From: an uncultured archaeon
GTDB taxonomy: Archaea > Altiarchaeota > Altiarchaeia > IMC4 > QMZM01
Assembly (NCBI GenBank): GCA_964549685.1
Contig: CAZJVE010000004.1
Span: forward strand, 1 to 64,000
Length of the DNA stretch: 64,000 nucleotides
Direction of reading: 5' to 3'
The notes under the pieces are model-generated. The model was not told where the DNA came from and searched no databases. It was given only the letters and a program-made list of their open reading frames with translations. Each line of letters opens with the position of its first letter. The stretch's first letter is position 1. Positions 30,001-37,351 of the stretch are shown here, piece by piece. The translations under genes were made by a program, and so were the position numbers.

Positions 30001-31936
30001 CAACGCAATCGAGGCTGTAGACATACTGAGCGACTGGTTCAGCACAACCCGGCTCTACATGGGCAACTACAGCACGGACGGGGAGAAATTCAACGAGTTC
30101 AGCAGTTATACGAGCGATGCCGACCTGATATTCTGGAGGGACCACGGCTCCGAGCAGTCCTGGGGCACCGGCTTCATCGATACGGACAATGCAGCCAGCC
30201 TGGACTTGAGCTCCCTTCCATTAGTCTTCTCATCCGCATGCCTCACCGGGCATTATCAAAATACCTACAGCCTGGCCGAGGCCTTCCTTGCCAATGGCGC
30301 TGGAGTATTCATCGGCTCGACCGAGGTCAGCTACCGCACATTCAACAACGAATTCTCCAAGACGTTCTTCAATGAGTTCATGCACTCTACTGAGCGGCCG
30401 GTGGGCAAGTCACTGCGGGAGGCAAAGAGGGAGTTCAGGTCTGCAGGAACCGGCTCCTGCCAGATGAAGGCCCTGCTTGGCTATACGATAAACGAATACA
30501 ACCTCTATGGCAATCCGAAGCTCGGCTCCAGTTCGATACAGCAATCAGAGCTGATAGGAATACAGACCGTGGAAGGGCCGCTCTCCTCCCTCAATGTCAC
30601 GGTTCCGGACTACACTGTAACTGAGATGTTCAGCGAGCACTGGGTCGAGATTCCCAGCGGCAACATGCTCCTCGAGCCGGGCAACTGGCAGATACCCTAC
30701 TACAGGACAGCCATATCCTATCCTGCGGGCTATAAGGTACAGGGCGTTTCCATACTGGAAAGGGACGGTCTTATGCAGGCTACCGGGTTGATCATCCCTG
30801 AAGTGAGCATGGAGACGGGTGGAATTCCAACGGATAAGAGCCATGGCGTATTGCCGCAGAACCCCGGCTTCTATCCCAGCTCCGACTTCAGTTGGGAGAC
30901 GGTCGAATACCTTAACGGTACAACTATCCTCGTCATCTCGATGTACCCGTTCTACTACGATGCCAATACGACTGAGGTTCAGTTCTACAAGAACTACTCC
31001 TTCGGAATAAGCTACAGTCTATCTTTTGTGACTATGGGCCGGGTGCAAACGGACAAGGAAAACTACCTGATTGGAGAGCAGGTCAGCATAAGCTTTGACG
31101 CAAACAACACACAGATACCCATAAACGCCACCGTCAATGCAACGATAAGGTACTATGGCAACAACGAGATTGCAGACTCGATAGGCCCCCAGACAATCAG
31201 CGTGGATGCCGGCGTTACGGAGGGTCAGATATACTGGAATTCCACCGGCTTTGAGGCAGGGTATTATCTCGTCAGCGTGAAGCTGTCAGACCCCAACGGA
31301 TATGAGCTGGACTCAGCAACCGAGAGATTCAGACTTGGTTTAGTTTCCGGTGAGATGGCTGATTTCTCGGCGTCGCCCCAGAGAATACGGATAGGGGAGT
31401 ACGCGAACATTTCGCTAATATTCGATAACATCGGCACAGAGAACATCTCCGGTTCAGCCGCAATAAAAATCTACAATTCAAGTAGCTCTCTAGTGGGGGA
31501 GTTCAACCACAGTTTCACCAACCTGAACCCCCTGGACGCAGTTGACTTCTCATTCATATTCACTCCTTCGGCTGTCGATACGTACAAGATAATCGGCTTC
31601 ATCCTCTACGGGAGCGAATCCACAGAGCCGCAGGAGATTAACATGACTGTGGGGTGTGCCATGAGGGGAGATGCCCAACCCTGTGACTCCATAATCGAAG
31701 ACCTGGAGTTCCTGCTTTACCTGGACCTATGGGGCCAGGACGAGGTGGAGAATTCCCAGGTTCTTGAATCTGTTGAAAACTGGATAGATTATGGTAGCTG
31801 TGAGATAGAGGGGGACACCCCGCCATGCGGCGCTGTAGAGCTGGCTGAGGTGATAGATTTTATAACTGAGTGGGATGCAGGAAGTGCAGATTTGGAGGAC
31901 GTAATCGATTTGATAAACGAATGGGTGCCGGAGTGA
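27026..31936 (+). CDS. Secreted peptidase C25 (gingipain-family) protein with two beta-helix modules, cohesin-like domain and tandem C-terminal dockerin-like repeats
   Basis: SDNVYADI, ELYIGRI, WRDHGS (catalytic His), FSSACLTG (catalytic Cys), YNLYGNP; duplicated CSNCS...NSGDENTCD...WND module. Confidence 0.85.
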   Translation: MDPRILFMGCMFFLILISSADAAIYNCSNCSNCESAISDASAGDTVNLLADIANQSWNCIVWDNSNVTFDCQQHGIDGTDTLYGIVMEYDKGNVIKNCVITDFMMGIYLYYSDNNQIGDNTIESNTGNGIKLSHSAGNLISGNTLKSNTEDGLYVFGSGSQDNTILNNLASSNNYNGIYIRDSSSNTLTNNTANSNDDHGIRLRESFNNTLTSNTANSNTMDGISLYDSSNNTITGNTANSNSYYGIYIVYPSGSTVNSNEACYNDVDDIHLYNSEDNSGDENTCDTTYEWNDEGATGCTNACGAATSTSSTSTSTSTSTTPSTINVTTSTSTSTSTISTTSTTSTSTSTSTTTLPLGETTCSNCSDCSNKLNGSYSTVRLDADITEHSHNCIEFNTNGTVFDCQGHIIDGNYTSLSGSGVYISDKSSNTVKNCIITDFNRGIYVYYSPSNTLINNSVSSNMYGVHLHMSNYSTIDSNTVESNLDFGILLSFSSYSYMANNRFCSHGVLDIFLEYVTGNSGDENTCDSPGGWNDTGTTYCTYGCSAVTTTTTSTTSTTTIQPQVMLARILPDEALPGENLTVTLSLDVNESNTPNSIGITETPPAGWEILETSIDGNLQSAPGSIEWLLWDMGTSVEDMNITYTLHVPENANGTYYFSGEFMYYLGDTRTDDNIFGDELIIVNGTSVLRPHLTVSRGNTTINENYIDLEFIVENDGNSTAENISVWTWLAGFIPARETTYNYNSSNFSLESYGSAVKLVLNSLGSQTSTSMRFTAVPVLAEDDVDYEIDSTGHVDVTYIDSDGVEYSETFTTSASIQEQDVYSAISASDYLIVTNPSRLYSYYSNADVHSLLLVMSKLAREENGVLGFVTNYSAESLERLIDNGWNGRMNSQWRDDGFLLLVGETEIIPSWDISFDCEGSLPLSLTATSSDNVYADILEGDSYAPELYIGRIIGNSASDLENSITNSIDASLQRDNALIASGSGNGWESFLNNAIEAVDILSDWFSTTRLYMGNYSTDGEKFNEFSSYTSDADLIFWRDHGSEQSWGTGFIDTDNAASLDLSSLPLVFSSACLTGHYQNTYSLAEAFLANGAGVFIGSTEVSYRTFNNEFSKTFFNEFMHSTERPVGKSLREAKREFRSAGTGSCQMKALLGYTINEYNLYGNPKLGSSSIQQSELIGIQTVEGPLSSLNVTVPDYTVTEMFSEHWVEIPSGNMLLEPGNWQIPYYRTAISYPAGYKVQGVSILERDGLMQATGLIIPEVSMETGGIPTDKSHGVLPQNPGFYPSSDFSWETVEYLNGTTILVISMYPFYYDANTTEVQFYKNYSFGISYSLSFVTMGRVQTDKENYLIGEQVSISFDANNTQIPINATVNATIRYYGNNEIADSIGPQTISVDAGVTEGQIYWNSTGFEAGYYLVSVKLSDPNGYELDSATERFRLGLVSGEMADFSASPQRIRIGEYANISLIFDNIGTENISGSAAIKIYNSSSSLVGEFNHSFTNLNPLDAVDFSFIFTPSAVDTYKIIGFILYGSESTEPQEINMTVGCAMRGDAQPCDSIIEDLEFLLYLDLWGQDEVENSQVLESVENWIDYGSCEIEGDTPPCGAVELAEVIDFITEWDAGSADLEDVIDLINEWVPE

Positions 31937-32024
31937 AATGAGAAATTCGGACACCAAAGCAATTATATCCTATCCCATCTAATCTATAATTATACTTTTT
32001 TCAAAAGAAACTTATAGATTAAAG

Positions 32025-35000
32025 ATGAATTCGAAATTCATAACTCTTGTTGCCGTTTTAATCCTTGTTTCCACCGCATACGGGCAGGAAACAACCCCCT
32101 ATGCTGTTGTTGGTCGCGTCTATCAGCAGGATGGCGAAACACTCCAGGCCGATGCTGCCATCACCCTTATCTACCTACCGACCGGCGAGACCCTCACTCA
32201 GGATTCCTCGGCAAGCGGCGACTATCTCTTCGACATCTCGGACTTACCCGGCGGCTACGAGGTCGGGGAGCAGATACAGATTATTGCCGAATACAACAAT
32301 TCCGGGGCGAGCGTCATAGAGACGATAATCGAGGACGGCCCCATATTCGCCCAGAGCCTCGTTCTGGGCCCGCTGGCAGATAACGTCTCTGTCGTTCCGA
32401 ACTATCTCCAGGGCGGCGAGACTGCCGAGGTTACTGTAATAAGCCTCGTCGTAAACGCTGTCGTCAATGCAACAATAGAGGGGGCAACGACCTTCCTTAC
32501 CCAGGGGGAGCTGGGCACATATTCTGGCTATATTACTGCCCCCGACGATGACGGCGTCTATGTAGTTGATATACTGATGGAAAGCCCCGAGGGCACAACT
32601 GCACACTACCAGGAACTCCTGACGGTCGACAACCTCCCGCCCTCTCTCGTGATATACTATCCAACTAACGGCACCGCCACAACCAATCTGACAATACTGG
32701 TTGACGGAATTACTGAGCCGGATGCGACCGTAACCGTGGACGGAGTCGACGTGAACGTATCTGAACTGGGGAGATTCAACCACACTGTGACACTGGAAGC
32801 CGGCACCAACACCATCGTAGTTGATGCAGAGGACAGGGCAGGCAACATAAACCGGACGAGAGTTACCGTATTCCTCTACGCGCTCTACATCTCTGAGGTT
32901 TCGGCAGACTCGGTCCAGCTCGGCGAAGGGACCACAATCTACGCCGAGGTTATCTCAACCTTCGACATAGCCGGCGTAATAGCGCAGGTCCTCTCGCCTG
33001 ACGGAACTACCCTGAACTATCCGATGGTTGAGGCCGACGGCGGCTATGATGTTGACATCCCGGAATATGACATCGCCCAGATAGGCGACTATAACGTAAC
33101 AGTAACTGCAACGGATGTAAACGGAAACACAACCAACGGAACCGGATGGTTCGAGGTTTACGGCACGAGAAGGTTCTACGGAGATGTCCTGGATTCCGAG
33201 AGCAATCCCGTTTCCACCACATTCAGTCTCTACAGGCCCGGAACCGAATACCTCATCCATGAATTCATAACCGACGTCTTTGGTGAATATGATGTAACGA
33301 TTCACAGCAGGAATTACGACCCAATGCTTGAATTCTCGGACATGGAATTCAAGCTGAACAACATAAACTTCACCCCGCTCCATGACGACCCCATAGACGT
33401 AGACCTCCTGGAAGGCAATGAAGTCTATATTGCCACTACCGAACCCATCAAGGGCTTTGCGGTCGATACAAACATCACAGCGACCGGCATTGTGGAGATT
33501 ACCTACTCGCAACTGGAAATAAGCAACGAGGAGCTGATTGAGATTTATGGGTGCAACGACTGGGACTTTGGGAACAAGACATGCAGGGGCTTATGGACGG
33601 CCCTTGACAGCCAGGTGGACAAGTTCGCAAACACCGTAACAGCGGCAATAAGCAAGCCGCTGGAGTCAACCGCCTATATGGCTGTGGAGGCCTCAAAGTG
33701 CGGCGACGGGGAATGCATACTGGAATATGGGGAAACCTGCAGCACCTGTCCGATTGACTGTGGCACCTGTCCCACGGGAGGGGGAGCGACAGACGTTTCC
33801 GGGATAGAGGCAACACTTCTCATCCTGATAGAAAAGATAACCATTCTCGAGGAGAGACTTAATCTCACTCAGGAGCAGATAAACATAAACCTCGAAAGCC
33901 GGGAAGTGACAGAGTATCTGAGGGGCGCGATATACAACCAGACGCAGGACATGGCCCTCCTTCTTCTCGCGAAAAAGGTCGAGCTGGTTTCCGGCTACCA
34001 GGTCGTTTCGGCTGAATTATACCCTGGCGAGTTTACAAAAACGTCCATAAGAATCAAGAACCCGTCCAACAAGAGCACAACAATGGCCGTGAATATATCC
34101 GGAAAGGTCGTGGACTTCATAAGCTTCGAAGAAGAAGCAGTGGAGTTAACGCCCGGCGAGGAATCTGACCTCATAATAAACACCTTCATTCCCGAGGGAA
34201 CGACTGCCGGCAACTACTATGGTGAGTTAACCTTAACCATCGCAGATATAGCCTCGAATATACCTGTAAATATAAGGGTCCTCGAGAGGAGGGAGAGACT
34301 TCTTGACCTCAAGATTAACCCCCTTACGGACGTTATTGCCCCCGGAAGAACCCTCCGGGTTGATGTCAGTCTTTACAATCTTGGAACCAAGGATGTCAAT
34401 GTCGAATTCCTGCTCCAGCTTGTAGATTCCATAACTAACGACATAGTCGTCGAGAAATCGGAGAACATATCCATAGCTGCGGGGGCAAGCATCCCCCGGA
34501 TAGAGGACCTCAATATTTCCGAGGGCGTCAGGGAAGGAAAATACATAGTGAAAGGCATAGCCCGTTATCAAGGAGAGGGAGAGAGGGAGGTCGTTTCCAT
34601 ATCCTATGTTGACGTTAGTAAGTCATTCTTTGAGTTGCAAATCTTTGGCATACCGGTCTGGATAATCCTGCTTGTTTTCTTCATCGTAACTCTGAGCTAT
34701 GTAGCATTCCTCCTCTACAAGAGGGAGCAGTCGAGAAAGAAACGTTATCTCGAGCTGGTTGAACTCAGGAGCCTGCCACAGCCTGGACCGCGCTCAGGAG
34801 TCATCGGCAAACTGGCGGAGACCGCAATAAGGGCATTTATGCCGGTAGACCGGCTGCAGATGCATACTCTTATCGCAGGGGCAACCGGTTGTGGAAAGAC
34901 AGTTGCTGCCCAGGTTCTGGTTGAGGAAGCACTCCTGAAAGAAGCCGCGGTCCTCGTTTTCGACCCAACTGCCCAGTGGAGCGGATTCCTGAGAGCGAAC

Positions 35001-36410
35001 AAGGACGCGGGAATGTTCCGTCTCTATCCAGCATTCAAGATGAAGGACAGCGACGCGAGGGTCTTCAACGGCAACGTCTACACGATAACGGAACCCGGCC
35101 AGAGGATAGAAGTAGGAAAGCACATCAAACCTGGAGAGATTTCCGTGTTCTGCCTACATAAACTCGACCCCTCCCAGATTGATTCGATAGTCGAGAATAC
35201 GGTAAGGGAGGTCTTCCTTGCGAACCTTGAGGAGACACCAAAGCTAAGGGCCCTCTTCGTGTATGACGAGGTCCACCGCCTGCTGCCAAAATTCGGTGGC
35301 TCAGGAAAGGGTTTCACCCAGGTCGAGAGGGCAGTCAGGGAATTCAGAAAGTGGGGCATAGGTCTTGTTCTGATTTCGCAGGTTTTGTCGGACTTCGTGG
35401 GAGAGATTAAGGCAAACATAGGTACAGAGGTTCAGATGAGGTCCCGCTATGAGGGCGACCTAGAAAGGATTAAGATGAAGTACGGCGAAGACATCCTGCG
35501 CTCAGTTGTGAAGTCAGCTGTCGGAACCGGTATGGTGCAGAACGCGGAGTACAACAAAGGAAGGCCATACTTCGTCAGCTTTAGACCCCTGCTCCATAAT
35601 CCCCACAGACTTTCCGACGAAGAGCTTGACAACTATGACAAGTTCAACAAGGAGATAACCAAACTCAGGGATAAACTGGAAATTCTCAAGAAGGGTGGAA
35701 TTGACGTATTCGACCTGGAACTGGAGCTGAATCTGGCACTGGACAATGTGAAGAAGGGCTCATTTGACGTGGTCAAGATGTATCTGGAATCCCTGGGCCC
35801 AAGGATAGAGGACGAATTCTCCAAGATGGGCACCGGGGAGAGGGAGAAGGCCGAGGCCAAGGCAAAAGAGGAGGAAGAGAGTGCAAGAAGGGATGCTGAG
35901 AAAGATGCAAAGCACGGGGAGATGCTTGAGGGCCTTAAGGAGAGAAGGGAAGAGAGAAACGAGAAGTGGGAGCGCCTAAAGACGGAAAAGCCCGAGGAAA
36001 AGCCATCTCCTGAGAAAAAGGAACTGAGCTCCGATGAGAAAAAGGCGGGTGAGAGGGTAAGGGAGATAATACGCCGTGGCAGGGGGGGCGCTGAGGGGAA
36101 AAGAGCGCCGTCCAGACGCCCCCTAGGGGAAAAGCCAGCCGAGAAACCACCTGAAAAGCCACCGGCTCCTCCAGCAGGGGAAAAGCCACCAGAGAAACCA
36201 CCTGAGAGACCACCAGCTCCTCCAGCCAAGGAAAAGCCCGCTGGAGAGGACGAGGAGCTGAAGAATATGCGCAAGGAGGTGGAGGAGCTGAAGGAGCTTC
36301 AGGAAGAGCTAAAGAAGTCTGGAGGCAAGATAACCCCTGAGATGAGGAAGAAGATAGAGGAGAAACTGAGGGCGAAGAGGGAAAGGGAGAAGAAATCGTC
36401 AGGCACATAA
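32025..36410 (+). CDS. Single-pass surface protein with cytoplasmic HerA/FtsK/VirB4-like (DUF87-type) ATPase
   Basis: Signal peptide, Ig-like domains, CGDGEC...TCPIDC motif, TM (VWIILLVFFIVTLSYVAFLLY), Walker A GATGCGKT, FDP, Walker B FVYDEVHR, REFRKWG, LISQ. Confidence 0.85.
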   Translation: MNSKFITLVAVLILVSTAYGQETTPYAVVGRVYQQDGETLQADAAITLIYLPTGETLTQDSSASGDYLFDISDLPGGYEVGEQIQIIAEYNNSGASVIETIIEDGPIFAQSLVLGPLADNVSVVPNYLQGGETAEVTVISLVVNAVVNATIEGATTFLTQGELGTYSGYITAPDDDGVYVVDILMESPEGTTAHYQELLTVDNLPPSLVIYYPTNGTATTNLTILVDGITEPDATVTVDGVDVNVSELGRFNHTVTLEAGTNTIVVDAEDRAGNINRTRVTVFLYALYISEVSADSVQLGEGTTIYAEVISTFDIAGVIAQVLSPDGTTLNYPMVEADGGYDVDIPEYDIAQIGDYNVTVTATDVNGNTTNGTGWFEVYGTRRFYGDVLDSESNPVSTTFSLYRPGTEYLIHEFITDVFGEYDVTIHSRNYDPMLEFSDMEFKLNNINFTPLHDDPIDVDLLEGNEVYIATTEPIKGFAVDTNITATGIVEITYSQLEISNEELIEIYGCNDWDFGNKTCRGLWTALDSQVDKFANTVTAAISKPLESTAYMAVEASKCGDGECILEYGETCSTCPIDCGTCPTGGGATDVSGIEATLLILIEKITILEERLNLTQEQININLESREVTEYLRGAIYNQTQDMALLLLAKKVELVSGYQVVSAELYPGEFTKTSIRIKNPSNKSTTMAVNISGKVVDFISFEEEAVELTPGEESDLIINTFIPEGTTAGNYYGELTLTIADIASNIPVNIRVLERRERLLDLKINPLTDVIAPGRTLRVDVSLYNLGTKDVNVEFLLQLVDSITNDIVVEKSENISIAAGASIPRIEDLNISEGVREGKYIVKGIARYQGEGEREVVSISYVDVSKSFFELQIFGIPVWIILLVFFIVTLSYVAFLLYKREQSRKKRYLELVELRSLPQPGPRSGVIGKLAETAIRAFMPVDRLQMHTLIAGATGCGKTVAAQVLVEEALLKEAAVLVFDPTAQWSGFLRANKDAGMFRLYPAFKMKDSDARVFNGNVYTITEPGQRIEVGKHIKPGEISVFCLHKLDPSQIDSIVENTVREVFLANLEETPKLRALFVYDEVHRLLPKFGGSGKGFTQVERAVREFRKWGIGLVLISQVLSDFVGEIKANIGTEVQMRSRYEGDLERIKMKYGEDILRSVVKSAVGTGMVQNAEYNKGRPYFVSFRPLLHNPHRLSDEELDNYDKFNKEITKLRDKLEILKKGGIDVFDLELELNLALDNVKKGSFDVVKMYLESLGPRIEDEFSKMGTGEREKAEAKAKEEEESARRDAEKDAKHGEMLEGLKERREERNEKWERLKTEKPEEKPSPEKKELSSDEKKAGERVREIIRRGRGGAEGKRAPSRRPLGEKPAEKPPEKPPAPPAGEKPPEKPPERPPAPPAKEKPAGEDEELKNMRKEVEELKELQEELKKSGGKITPEMRKKIEEKLRAKREREKKSSGT
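36126..36227 (+). repeat. Intragenic 51-bp tandem repeat (GEKP.EKPPE.PPAPPA x2)
   Basis: Two near-identical 17-codon units starting at 36126 and 36177. Confidence 0.8.
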
Positions 36411-36497
36411 AAGCACCCGTCTCAAATCTACACTTTTTATCGTCTATTCTTAATATATTTCTATCTTATAGTATCATCCATTCTGTCCCCTTCCAAG

Positions 36498-37349
36498 ATG
36501 ATAAACCCCTTGCGCAAACTACTCAAAAAACTCGGTCTGGGCGCTCTTGCAACCAGGGAGAAACCCGCTGAGGAAGTTAAGGGTGCAAAGAAGAACAGGA
36601 TAATAGCGGTTGCGAACCAGAAAGGCGGCGTGGGGAAAACAACGACTGCTATTAACCTTGCGGCCTATCTCGCCATGATGGAGAACAAGGTCCTTCTCAT
36701 AGATATAGACCCCCAGGCCAACAGCACCATCGGACTCGGGATAGAGAAGGACAGCATATCCGATTCGATAGCCGATATACTCACCGACAAGGCAAAGGTA
36801 AAGGACGTAATTCTCCCGACAAAGGTTAAGGGACTTAGCATTATTCCTGCAAGCGTCCATCTGGCCGATGCCGAGATAAAACTGGTCGGGATGAATTTCC
36901 GCGAGACAATCCTGAAGAATTCCATTAATAACCTGACGAGGAACTACGATTTCGTCCTGGTAGACTGCCCTCCCTCCCTCGGTCTTTTGGCCCTGAATGC
37001 ATTAACGGCAGCAGATTCGGTCGTAATCCCTGTCCAGTGCGAGTATTTTGCTCTGGAAGGCCTGAACGAATTCATGAATGTCGTAAGCCTGATACAGGAG
37101 AGGGTAAACCCCGGGCTTGAGATAGACGGCATACTCCTTACGATGTACCAAAAGGATACAAAGCACGTGAATGAAATTCTCAAAGACATCCGGAAACTGT
37201 TCGGCGGGAACATCTATGCAACAGTCATCCCCCGGGATGAGAAATTCCCCGAGTCCTCAAGTTTCGGGAAACCCATCGGAGTCTATGATAAGAAGTCCGA
37301 CGGGGCCAAAGCGTATGAAGAATTAGCCCATGAATTTTTGGGTCAATAA
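36498..37349 (+). CDS. parA: ParA/Soj-family ATPase with N-terminal extension
   Basis: NQKGGVGKTTT deviant Walker A, DIDPQAN, DCPPSLG, PVQCEYFALEG. Confidence 0.9.
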   Translation: MINPLRKLLKKLGLGALATREKPAEEVKGAKKNRIIAVANQKGGVGKTTTAINLAAYLAMMENKVLLIDIDPQANSTIGLGIEKDSISDSIADILTDKAKVKDVILPTKVKGLSIIPASVHLADAEIKLVGMNFRETILKNSINNLTRNYDFVLVDCPPSLGLLALNALTAADSVVIPVQCEYFALEGLNEFMNVVSLIQERVNPGLEIDGILLTMYQKDTKHVNEILKDIRKLFGGNIYATVIPRDEKFPESSSFGKPIGVYDKKSDGAKAYEELAHEFLGQ

Positions 37350-37351
37350 AA

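Noticed and set aside
31943-31958. Further inverted motif copy AAATTCGGACACCAAA after the C25 gene
   Set aside because: Needs a gap and several mismatches; too weak to call
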